From a virus (taxonomy: Duplodnaviria > Caudoviricetes), in the IMG/VR virus record IMGVR_UViG_3300026177_000194, positions 26,026-90,025 of that record: DNA of 64,000 nucleotides; one strand, written 5' to 3'. The notes beneath the pieces are model-generated. The model saw only the letters and a program-made list of their open reading frames with translations. It did no database searches and was not told the DNA's origin. Of this stretch, positions 10,055-20,200 are shown piece after piece (position 1 is the stretch's first letter; each line of letters opens with the position of its first letter). The position numbers and the translations under genes were made by a program.

Positions 10055-11617
10055 TTAAAATATATTTGCTATATTTTTATTATACAAATTTTGATCGCTA
10101 TTTTCTTCTGACATTCCTTTAAATGGGTTAAATTTTTCAGTTTCTCCGGTTGTAGCATTTAGAGTTTCAATTTCTATCATTTGATCTGAGGTAATATCGG
10201 GTCTTCCATCATTGGATGTTTTCAATCCATTTAAAAATTTATAATGTTTGAAATTAACTTTAAAATCAATTGCAACATTATCTTTTCCACATCTATTTTT
10301 TGTAACTTTCAAATGAACTTCATCATCTTTGGTTTGATCTTTTGACATCAAAGCAATAAAATCGGCATGTTCAACTTTCTTAATTGATTCAGACATCATA
10401 TCCATATTTAAACTTTTTGAATCTTGATTTCTATATACGGATCTCCCTAATTGTGAAACAGTTATTACTGGAATATTATATTTTACTGCTATATCTTTAA
10501 GACCAGAAGTTATAAAACCTAATTCTAATCTATACAATTCATTTGTAATATCAGCTTTTAATAAATCTAAATAATCAACATATAATCCTCTTATTGAGTC
10601 TTTTCCATATTGATCAATAACATCGTCTAGATGCATCATTATATCTGTACAACTTATAGAATACTTTTGAAAATATTTAAAAATTACAGAACAACCAGAA
10701 GTTTTAGTTCTATCTGCTATAACCTTTTTAATATCAATTCCTGCATTAATATCTCTTAAAGTTTTTACTTGATCTTTTTCAAACATCATCTGATATAATC
10801 TAAGAAGACTTTCATCTATTAAATTTTCTAATGTAATATATAAATAAACTTTACTATTATTTGAAGACTTTTTATCTTTGTTTTTTGTTATATCATTGTT
10901 GATAAAATTTAAAATCATTGTAGATTTACCAGATCCAGATCCACCACCAAAGATATATAATCTAGATTTTTCAAATCCTCCATTATCAAAAACATCTTTA
11001 TCAAAAATTGTATATCCAGTATGTATAGTATTTGTTTTATCATACTTTTTTCTAATCATATCCAATACTGGAGAATAATCATCATTAATTAAATCTAAAC
11101 TTGCAGATGATTCCAAACCAACATTTCTGCTAGATTCCATTAAATTAAAATTTGCTTCTTTAATTATTTTCTCATATTTAAAGATAATCTCATCAATAGA
11201 ATCATAATTACCAGATTTAATGATATCTAAAAATCTTGAAATTTCATCATAATTAGAAACTACCCCATTCAATTTCTTTCTCATTCTAATTTGACATATA
11301 TGATCAGATAAAACATCATCCGGTACTTCTTCATTTCTTTTAACTGCAATAAAATCAGCTAAAGTTTTATATTTTTGTCCATATAAAATACTATCAATAA
11401 CATTGTCATCTGTTTTCTCATTTAATTTTAATTTGCATACCTCATTTAAACATTCAACTTTGTTTTGAATATTGATTGGTATTTCATTCTTTTGTTTTTC
11501 TTTGAAGAAATCTAATATTTCAATAATATCCCGATACAACGATTTGTTTTTCTTAATTTTTGTAGTTTTATTTAATACTACACTAAAACATGAGTTTAAA
11601 AATAAATCCGTGATCAT
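10055..11617 (-). CDS. Replicative DnaB-like (T4 gp41-type) helicase
   Basis: Walker A FGGGSGSGKST, YITLE, Walker B YVDYLDL, VSQLGR, arginine finger KNRCG. Confidence 0.85.
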   Translation of the reverse strand: MITDLFLNSCFSVVLNKTTKIKKNKSLYRDIIEILDFFKEKQKNEIPINIQNKVECLNEVCKLKLNEKTDDNVIDSILYGQKYKTLADFIAVKRNEEVPDDVLSDHICQIRMRKKLNGVVSNYDEISRFLDIIKSGNYDSIDEIIFKYEKIIKEANFNLMESSRNVGLESSASLDLINDDYSPVLDMIRKKYDKTNTIHTGYTIFDKDVFDNGGFEKSRLYIFGGGSGSGKSTMILNFINNDITKNKDKKSSNNSKVYLYITLENLIDESLLRLYQMMFEKDQVKTLRDINAGIDIKKVIADRTKTSGCSVIFKYFQKYSISCTDIMMHLDDVIDQYGKDSIRGLYVDYLDLLKADITNELYRLELGFITSGLKDIAVKYNIPVITVSQLGRSVYRNQDSKSLNMDMMSESIKKVEHADFIALMSKDQTKDDEVHLKVTKNRCGKDNVAIDFKVNFKHYKFLNGLKTSNDGRPDITSDQMIEIETLNATTGETEKFNPFKGMSEENSDQNLYNKNIANIF

Positions 11618-11632
11618 TTTAAATCCTTTTCT

Positions 11633-12076
11633 TTATGTGAAAATGTGCATATTACTTATTGTAAAATCTCTTGAATCCGGTGTGATATTTATTGCATAAT
11701 TAACTTTTTTATTAGTTTTTATAACACCATTTGTTAAAACCACTTTTACTCCTTTAAACAAAATATTTTTCTTTATCACAATAGTTCCGCTTGTAGATAA
11801 ATCATAAATACCAGGTTTTAATTCTACAACCCCATCTTCTTTTAAATTATTGATACACCATGAGATAGATCCTTTATGATTTCTATCTCCATGATCTAAA
11901 ATAGAATTATCAGCTTCTAATATATTTGTTTCTTTCTTTCCTAAAACATTTTCAATCCATGTTAATTTTCCGTATCCATAACAATGATAACAAATTCTTT
12001 TAGTTAAACCATTGTTTGTGATAATTTCCCCAGTACCATTACATCTGTCACAAATAACAAAACTATCATTATTCAT
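11633..12076 (-). CDS. Hypothetical protein with an N-terminal CxxCxGxG zinc finger
   Basis: CDRCNGTG...CYHCYGYGKLTWIENVLG. Confidence 0.6.
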   Translation of the reverse strand: MNNDSFVICDRCNGTGEIITNNGLTKRICYHCYGYGKLTWIENVLGKKETNILEADNSILDHGDRNHKGSISWCINNLKEDGVVELKPGIYDLSTSGTIVIKKNILFKGVKVVLTNGVIKTNKKVNYAINITPDSRDFTISNMHIFT

Positions 12077-13455
12077 ATCGTCAACAATTGTCCATTTTCT
12101 GTAAGATTTATAAATTCGTCTTTACTTAAAAATTTATTAACCACATGTTTACAAAAATCTTCATCTAAGTTTGTTAACATATCTAATGACTTTATAATGC
12201 TATTTGATTTAGAAATTTGTTTTCTACTAATTTTTCCTTGGTTTAAATCCCTAGTTATTTGTTCTGATTTTGATATAAAGGTTTCAATATTACCAGATTC
12301 ATAATAAGGATAAATTTCTTCTGATTTTTGTCTCATTAATAATTCAACTTCTTGATAAAACTCTAACATGTACAACATTAAATAAATTTTAACTGATTCA
12401 TGAAAAGTTCCGGTTTGTAAATTATAAATACTATCAAAATTTAATTTTTTAAAATTATACTTTTCTGATAATTGATTCATTACATTATTACACACATCTT
12501 GTATTTTAATATCGTCTTTGAATCTCATATTTAAGTTACAGCTTCTTATATCAACTTTTTTAATTTTGTCTCCGTCCAATGTAGAAAAAAATCTCCCAAT
12601 CATTAAACCCTTGAATAAGCCTGATGAATCATAAGTTATGTTTAACTCAATATTATGTACCTTTTTTACATGATATTTAAACAATTCATAGAAAAATATG
12701 TCTCTAAATGTTGCTCCACCTAGAACATGAAAATCTAATTTGTTTCTTTTATATTTAATTGTTTCATTCAACAATGGTATTAATGGAAGTACATAAATGA
12801 TACACGGAATGTCTGAATCACCTGCTGAATTTGCGACAATTCCGCCTGTTCCAAACAGTTTGAATCTTGAATATAAATCATTATCTCGCAAAATTTTAGT
12901 GTATATGTCCCATAGTTTTGGTGTTCTAAAATGATGAATATAAATTATTTTTGATCTGACATCATCTGGAAGGTTTGCTGCAGTTAAATATGATTCTAAA
13001 TTCTTTTCATATATTTGATCAAAGTTTTTGAATATTTTACATCCCGGACCAGGAGGAATATCTAAAATAAAAGCTTGGTCGTAAACATCTTTGTAATCAA
13101 CAAGAAATGAGTAATAATGTTTTGGAAGTAGATTTGATTCTGATTCTGTTAAAATTCCAACTGAAATTTGAAAGCCCCCGCTGTCACAAATAAATTTAGA
13201 AGAATCAAATAATCTAGAGTTTCTAAGTTTTATATATAATTCAGCTTCTTTTTGATTATAATTATCGTAACTTCTCTTACCTCTAAAATTTTGTCCAAAA
13301 GAGTGAAGAAACCTATTACAAACTTGACCAAAGAAATTAGATATATCTTCTCTAGTAAAATGATTATCAAAATCATTTTTTTTATTTAACATAAAATTAT
13401 CAATTATAGTCATCAATGTTTCACATCCAGCCACGGTATATCCACTCGCCATCAT
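12073..13455 (-). CDS. dpdA: DpdA/TGT-family 7-deazaguanine transglycosylase (probably DNA-acting)
   Basis: TGT-barrel motifs CDSGGFQ, ILDIPP, HVLGG, TYDSS; QueE and QueC are in the same window. Confidence 0.7.
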   Translation of the reverse strand: MMASGYTVAGCETLMTIIDNFMLNKKNDFDNHFTREDISNFFGQVCNRFLHSFGQNFRGKRSYDNYNQKEAELYIKLRNSRLFDSSKFICDSGGFQISVGILTESESNLLPKHYYSFLVDYKDVYDQAFILDIPPGPGCKIFKNFDQIYEKNLESYLTAANLPDDVRSKIIYIHHFRTPKLWDIYTKILRDNDLYSRFKLFGTGGIVANSAGDSDIPCIIYVLPLIPLLNETIKYKRNKLDFHVLGGATFRDIFFYELFKYHVKKVHNIELNITYDSSGLFKGLMIGRFFSTLDGDKIKKVDIRSCNLNMRFKDDIKIQDVCNNVMNQLSEKYNFKKLNFDSIYNLQTGTFHESVKIYLMLYMLEFYQEVELLMRQKSEEIYPYYESGNIETFISKSEQITRDLNQGKISRKQISKSNSIIKSLDMLTNLDEDFCKHVVNKFLSKDEFINLTENGQLLTI

Positions 13456-13469
13456 TCAAACCTTTCAAT

Positions 13470-13733
13470 TCATAAATTTTTATACAATGTTAAAACATCA
13501 ACAATACTAAGTGTTTTGTTAAAAACTGAAAATTTATCTAAAACAGGATCATCTTTCCCTAAAACATTTTCAATCCAATTTAATTTTCCAGCACCTTTAC
13601 ATAATGGACAAATCTTTGTTGATACAGGACCAGGTTGAAAAACTTTAACACCTCAAACCAATAACTCTATTTTTTCAACTTGTATCTCTAATATTCCTTT
13701 TCCGCAACATTTATCACAAGTATATTCTATCAT
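13470..13733 (-). pseudogene. CxxCxG zinc-finger ORF with an in-frame TGA at codon 27
   Basis: Hand translation: MIEYTCDKCCGKG...ELLV*GVKV...CPLCKGAGKLNWIENVLGK; TGA at 13653-13655; paralog of the 11633 N-terminus. Confidence 0.65.
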
Positions 13734-14176
13734 TTACTAATCACAAAAAATCTATCATCTAACTTTTTCTTAATAACAGGTTTAATTTGTACAACCCAAT
13801 TAAATCCTCCATTACTACAACCAGGTCTCGGAAGAACAACTTTATTCCATTTCATTTTATCTGTTAACAAAACTAATTGTTCTATAGAATCCTCAATTAA
13901 ACTAAATCTAGAATTTTCCCAATAATTAACCTTTGTTGGAAACGAAACAATTGGTTTAGGTTCCCAAATTATAACTTGAACAATATGACCATTTTCTTTA
14001 ATTAAATTTCCTAATTTTAAGTCTATATCTTTAAATTTATTTTTAGCAGACAATGCACATCCCGCACCCATAACTGATCTGCCATTCTTTTTAACTACAC
14101 CATTTGTTGTTATACAAATAGCATCAGCAAAATTAAGAATTGTTAATGAAAACAAATCTCCACTAATTTCTTTCAT
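13730..14176 (-). CDS. Macrodomain protein (ADP-ribose binding/hydrolase, Poa1p/DarG-like)
   Basis: GDLF, ICITTNG, VMGAGCA, SFPTK, LPRPGCSNGG.NW. Confidence 0.75.
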   Translation of the reverse strand: MKEISGDLFSLTILNFADAICITTNGVVKKNGRSVMGAGCALSAKNKFKDIDLKLGNLIKENGHIVQVIIWEPKPIVSFPTKVNYWENSRFSLIEDSIEQLVLLTDKMKWNKVVLPRPGCSNGGFNWVVQIKPVIKKKLDDRFFVISK

Positions 14177-14336
14177 CCTTTAAATCTTTCAAATCAAAAA
14201 ATGGATTAGGAATGATATCACCAATAACTCGAACTGAATTTTCATTATTATTAATTTGTTTTTTATAAAATTCTGCTAGCATCAATTGATGCAATAAAGT
14301 AGTTCTTATGTCATTTTCATTATGAATTTTAACCAT
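14163..14336 (-). CDS. Small hypothetical protein (57 aa)
   Basis: Hand translation MVKIHNENDIRTTLL...KDERN; fills the gap between groES and the macrodomain gene. Confidence 0.5.
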   Translation of the reverse strand: MVKIHNENDIRTTLLHQLMLAEFYKKQINNNENSVRVIGDIIPNPFFDLKDLKDERN

Positions 14337-14350
14337 TATTTTTTAATTCC

Positions 14351-14620
14351 TTAACTTAAAACTCCATATATTTCATCATTCTTTAAAATTCTTTGAATAA
14401 CTCCATTAACGATTACAGCTTGACCTCCAGACTGATGGAAAACAATAATATCATCTACTTTAAGATTAGTAACTTTTTCCCCAATACTTAAAACTTTTCC
14501 ATATTTCTGGGGTTCCATTTTAACTGTTTGAGGAATAATAATTCCAGCTTCTGTTTTATCTTCTGTTTTAATTAATTCTTCAACTACCACATGATCATTT
14601 ATCGCTTGAATTTTTTTCAT
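14351..14620 (-). CDS. groES: Co-chaperonin GroES
   Basis: MKKIQAINDHVVVE...KTEAGIIIP...GKVLSIG...DEIYGVL; start moved to 14620 (GGAG upstream). Confidence 0.9.
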   Translation of the reverse strand: MKKIQAINDHVVVEELIKTEDKTEAGIIIPQTVKMEPQKYGKVLSIGEKVTNLKVDDIIVFHQSGGQAVIVNGVIQRILKNDEIYGVLS

Positions 14621-14864
14621 TTTTCTTAAAGCTCCTTTTCTTTTGTTGTTTTTGTTCATCTTTTTCGCGTCTAATTGCAGCTTCTTTTCTTTTTCTTTTT
14701 TTGAAAATGCTTGGTTTCTCATAAGCAGAATGATTTTTAACTTCTCTTAGAATTCCACTATTATTAACTTTTTTCTTGAATCTTTTTATTAATGATTCAA
14801 TATCTTCATTCTCTCTTCTTATTACAACTAATCCCATCTTCTTGTCATTAACCAGATTAAACAT
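14595..14864 (-). CDS. rpsU: Ribosomal protein bS21 (phage-encoded)
   Basis: IESLIKRFKKKVNNSGILREVKNHSAYEKPSIFKKRKR. Confidence 0.9.
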   Translation of the reverse strand: MFNLVNDKKMGLVVIRRENEDIESLIKRFKKKVNNSGILREVKNHSAYEKPSIFKKRKRKEAAIRREKDEQKQQKKRSFKKNEKNSSDK

Positions 14865-14891
14865 ACCTTTTAAAACTCACCTCCAATTCAA

Positions 14892-15077
14892 TTAACATTT
14901 TTTATTACCATGTCGATATGGTCTTGACTTATTGAATAAATGTTTTTTATTTACCTCTGATTCTATATCAATTCCTAAATATTCGCACATATCCCAAATT
15001 CTAATTACAGCATCAGCTAATTCTTCTGGTAAACTCCCTTTTTCCTCATAAGGAATATTTTGTCTGTATCCTTCTAA
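14892..15077 (-). pseudogene. MazG-like NTP pyrophosphohydrolase, C-terminal fragment
   Basis: LEGYR...EELADAVIRIWD...IDIESEVNKK..FNKSRPYRHG; the N-terminal fragment is at 16399-16500. Confidence 0.7.
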
Positions 15078-15097
15078 ACTGTTTAAACAAATAAAAT

Positions 15098-16402
15098 CTA
15101 ATTGAAACAATACAAATTAATTTTAGATTTTATATTATTTAACCTAAAAACTCTAAACTTAAAATTATTTAGAGAACTTCGATAGCTCAATTTCAAAGTT
15201 TTTGTAATGACATTAAATAATTCTATCCAATTCTTATAAATTAAATCTTTCTCTTCCTTCCATCGGTTTGAAAGATCATTTACTTCAATAAGTTTTGGAT
15301 AGAACCAATTTTTCTGCCATTTATGAAACCCTCGTCTTGAAATTTCTATAGATGAAGCAACCATATCGGGATAATTTTGTCCATATAAAACATTACCAAT
15401 AAAACTTGAATATGCAGGATTTACTTCTACAAATTCAATTCCAGAAATATTACAACGTTTATTTAAATTGTTTATTAGTTTGTTTCGATTCCAACAATTG
15501 TTAACTAACCTATTAAAACTTTTACCTTTTTTATGATTTTTAGTTAATATTTGTAATTCTTCAACTACAATTTTATAACAATTAAAATGTAAAGCTTGAG
15601 AAATTAAAAATTTAGAAACTTCAAAAATTTCAAATGTCTTTTTATTATTTTGATTTATTTGTATCGGATCATTAGAACTTACTTTTAATTTCTTATTTAA
15701 TTCTATGTTTTCAATAACTCCAGTTTTAATAACTTTAAAATTATCATCTTTATCAAATTCTAAAACTGACCATCCAATATAATTTGGATTAAGATCAATT
15801 CCTAAAACTCTATTTGAATTTAAAGGTTTAATGTTTTCTTTTAAGATTTTTTCATCGAATATAATACAAATTTCTTTATTTGATAATCTTATAGTAAATG
15901 GTATTTCATTTTTATTAGAATATTCTTCTAACAATAACAAATTTCGTTTATGATTATTTCTAAGGTTAGGTAATTGTATTTCAATTTTATCACCTCTTTT
16001 TGGTTTAAAAATTATCTTATTATTTTCAATATCTAAATCAAATTTTCTATTACCTTTTTGTGGTGCTTCTCCTTGAATACAAATAGGGTGTAATCTTAAT
16101 TCTTTTAACTGTTCTTTTGAAATTTTATTTTGTGATCTTAATTCAAAATTTCGTTTTCCACCAAATATTAATTTTCCATTAGGAACTTTTTTAAACCATG
16201 ATTGAGCTTCTCTGATTGCACATTGAATAAACCAAGAGTCTAAAAATGAATATAAATTTCTTGATTTAATCAACTGTCTTATATCTTTTTCCAATAAACC
16301 TTCAACAAAACGATTGTAAGAGAACCTAATACAAGAATTAAATTCTCTTAGATAATCATCAATATTGATTTGGTTTTTAATTGGAAGTTTTATTGCAATC
16401 AT
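15098..16402 (-). mobile_element. tnpB: TnpB (IS607-like/Cas12f-like RuvC nuclease) inserted in the MazG-like gene; no transposase
   Basis: RuvC-I GIDLN, RuvC-II VVEEL, RuvC-III VNPAYSS...PDMVAS. Confidence 0.8.
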
Positions 16403-16500
16403 TGGTTTAATAATTCTGGAACTTCTCTTTTTGTTGAGTTATCATACCAACCTTTTTCAATTGCTAAATCGTGTACTTCTTTTGGTGTCACTATATTCAT
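16399..16500 (-). pseudogene. MazG-like protein, N-terminal fragment (33 aa)
   Basis: MNIVTPKEVHDLAIEKGWYDNSTKREVPELLNQ*; its stop overlaps the tnpB ATG (ATGA). Confidence 0.7.
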
Positions 16501-16512
16501 TCAAAATCCTTT

Positions 16513-17175
16513 CTATACAAAACCATAAATGATATGATCTCTTGAACTAAAGTTAACTTTATATTTTTCTGCTACGTCAAAAACTTTTGGCGCATGATCT
16601 AATATTTGTTCTTTTGTGACGCCCTCCGGCATCAAATAAATTCTTTGATTATCAAATTCTATATTTTGTAAATGATCTAAAAATCTAATCACTAATTCCC
16701 TTTCTTCATAAACAAGTTTAATAAACACTTTTTCATCATATATAATTTTTTGAATTAATGCAACATAAAAAGAATAATCTTCTTCTGAAAAAAGTTTTGG
16801 AGACAATGAATAATTTACATTTTTTTTTGGATTTATTTTATCTATTAAACCAATTAAATTATACCCATTTGTTTCAACATTAAAAATTCTACAATTTATG
16901 TTATTTATAATATTGATGGTACTTTGTAAATTTTCACCAAATGTTGGAGAACCTCCCGTAATCATCAATCCACATTTTTCATCATTTACTATTTTTTGAA
17001 TTTCTTCAAGAGTAATTTCTGTTTCTACAGAACTTCGCATCCGAACCTGTGTATCACACCAAGGGCACCGTTTTGAACATGTTTTGAATCTTATTATTAA
17101 CAATCTCTGACCAGAATCTTTTCCCTCCCCTTGCCATGTTACAAAACTTTCAATAGTTTTAACCGCTTGACTCAT
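16513..17175 (-). CDS. queE: 7-carboxy-7-deazaguanine synthase (radical SAM)
   Basis: ESFVTWQGEG, CSKRCPWCDT, ITGGSP, VETNG, SPKL; likely start MSQAVK at 17175. Confidence 0.85.
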   Translation of the reverse strand: MSQAVKTIESFVTWQGEGKDSGQRLLIIRFKTCSKRCPWCDTQVRMRSSVETEITLEEIQKIVNDEKCGLMITGGSPTFGENLQSTINIINNINCRIFNVETNGYNLIGLIDKINPKKNVNYSLSPKLFSEEDYSFYVALIQKIIYDEKVFIKLVYEERELVIRFLDHLQNIEFDNQRIYLMPEGVTKEQILDHAPKVFDVAEKYKVNFSSRDHIIYGFV

Positions 17176-17225
17176 TTTATAATTCCTTTCCATTTATTAT
17201 TTGTTCTTACTTAAAATAAAAATAT

Positions 17226-20200
17226 CTAAAACGTTAAAATTTCTTGTTTCTTTATTAGCAACGGTTCTAATAATAAATTATATCTGTCTGTCCAACTAAA
17301 ATCTAACATTGTTTTTACATCAATGATATAATAGTTAGGAACATATTCTACTTCTTCCGGAATCACAATTATATCTAACTTCACACCTTTTTTAAGAAAG
17401 TGTTTATCATAATTTAATCTGACTTCTTCTGGTGCTTTTTCTAAATCAATACCTTTCAGTTTAAATAAATATCCTCTTGATCCTACATCAAATACTTTAT
17501 ATTCTAAATCATTCCAAGTTAACATTCCTCTAACACCTTGACTTAAAACTTTATATTCTGAAATCTTTTTTGAAAATGAAACAGGTCTTCCAATTATCGT
17601 ATGACCTTCAGAAATTAATTTTGCAAATAATTTTTCTTTTTCTTTTACGAATTCTAAAATTGGGGGTAATGATAATTTTTCAGATTTTAAGATTAATTCC
17701 AATACTTCTTTTAAATATTCTTTCGTGGTATTTGCAAAATCAGATCTTTTAATTTCTAATCCCATACTTTTAATTTCATCAACAGGATTATTTTCTTTTG
17801 AAATAATATAATTTGAGTATCTTTTTTTAGCTAGATATAAACCTCTTCTAATTACTAATTCATTTTTTAATTCTAATCTATTTCTGTTTTCATTTACATT
17901 ATGTTTTGCTATAATTTTCTTAACAATATCGCCATTTAAAAAATTTTGAACTTCTTTATTTAAATCGTTTACAAACTTTAAAATATCTTCTTTTGATTTT
18001 TCCTTTGAAATCAATGAATTATAACATAAAAATACACTATCAGTATCTCCTGTAATTAAATGTTTAAAATTAACTCCCATATTATCTGTAAACATTTGTT
18101 GTTTGGTTATCGGTTTGTATTCAAATTTTTTATTATTCTTTTTTGACTCGATATAATTTTCTCCGGATATCATTACATTTTTAATTGCTTCTTGTCCACT
18201 TAATGTAATAGATCTTGCTGAGTCAACATTGAAAAATCTAAATACTTTATTACCCAAGGCACCATATAGCGAATTAGACAAAATTTTCATCACATTTTGC
18301 CTAGTATCATATAACTGTTCTTTATCTTTATCTTTTTTATTTAATGCATCAAACATCTTCTTTTTATAAATTTTTCTTGATCCTAACAACATTTCCAATA
18401 CTTCCGCATAGAATGATAATTCATTATCATGACTTTTAAAAAAACATCCATTAATTGTATGGGTTAAATTACTATCTTTTATTTTTTGTAATAATTGTTG
18501 TTTAGACACTGTAACTAATTTTTTCTCAAAAGTTGGATCTAAAATCACTTCAATTTGTTCTGGTAGGTTATCTGGATTATATGCTAAATCATATCCTAAT
18601 TGATGGTCTTTAAATTTCATTACAAATGTATTAACACCAATATTATATGTTAAAATAAGCGAGGGATACAAAGAAGTAAAATCAAAATCAACAACAAAAT
18701 CATGTATACCCACCACGGGGGATTGTACATAAGCACCCTCAAATCTTTCATCTTGATCGATAATTTCAGCATTTTTGGAAGCATAACCTTTCTCCTTTAG
18801 AAATGAAACTATAGTTGAATCTACTTGACCCAATACAGATTTTGATCCTTTAAATGTTGACTTACATATTCTTTTTAATTCATCTTGAAAAAATACATGC
18901 TTCAATTTATAATCTAATTCTTCTAATAAATCAACGTCATTAATATTATATAATATAGCTTTATTGATATCAGTTCTAAACATTTCTGAGAAATTAGATC
19001 CTTTATCTGTTTTACCTTTTTTCAATTCTAAATTTCCAATAAAGTCTAATGAATAACTTTCTCTTCCACCAAAAGTAAATTGTTTGTATAATTCTAACAT
19101 ATCAAGAAATACTATTCCTGCAGCATCTGGATAAAATTGATATTTATTATAATCTGCTTCTCCAAATTTTGACATTTTTGTACAATCAACTCTTATTTTT
19201 TTTGATCTGTTAATTATATATTGCATATCAAAATCATTTGAATACCAACCAGTAATAACGTCACATTCAGAATTTCTTACATCATTAAAAAATGTAGTCA
19301 ATAGAGTTGCTTCTGAATTGCAAATAACTATTTCTTTATTAGTTGTATCAATAAGTTGATTAGTAATTTTTAAAACTTTTGGATCTAAAACTAATGATTT
19401 TTTAATTCCATTGTAAGAATATCTAATAATTGCGATTGGATCATTAGCATCATGCGCTGAACTATTGACTCTAGTTTCTGAATATGTTTCAATATCTATA
19501 AACATAATATTTGAAGGGACTTTTGGTTCTTCTTCCTTCTTTAATAGATAATAATCCATGGCATGTTTTGTTGTAATCTTTATATCACCTTCATATGTTA
19601 TCTTGGGATTTAAAGAATATTTTTCTTTATAAGGAATTTTAACTTGATGTAATTCATCATATTTAACAACCTTTCTAGCTTTTGATTCATCATTTATTTG
19701 ATAACAAACGTAATCATCAGTTGTTTTATAATATTCTTTTTTATTATTTTTATCTCTGAAAATATACAAAACTTCATTTGTTTTACTTAAAAATTGAACA
19801 TCAATTAGTTTATAATTTGAAGTATAATATTTATCTGGAATCTTGTAATAAAATATTCCAGTTTTTGATGTAAGATTTTTTTGATTATTTTCCGTTGGAT
19901 TTAATCCAATTAATTCAGCAACTTTTTTCATATCATTTTCAAAAGTTGATTCTAATGTTTTGACTCTGTTTATATATGAAGGATGTAACATTATAAATAC
20001 ATCCCTATTATTCCATTTAAATTTTTCTCCTCTTATATTAGTTACTCCTGCGCCTTTTGGTAATAATCCAAATGCAGAAACTGGTGAAGCTCCCATTAAC
20101 ACAATTAAATCTGGATTGCATTCTTCAATAATTTTAAAACAATTTTCTTTACATCTTTCAATAACTTCTGGTTTTGGATTTCCTGTTGTACCATCCTCAT

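Noticed and set aside
13653-13655. Selenocysteine codon
   Set aside because: The TGA is not at a Cys-motif position, and I see no SECIS-like hairpin or Sec machinery.
15098-16402. Cas12f/Cas14 CRISPR effector
   Set aside because: No repeat-spacer array or cas1/cas2 is visible anywhere in the window; treated as TnpB.
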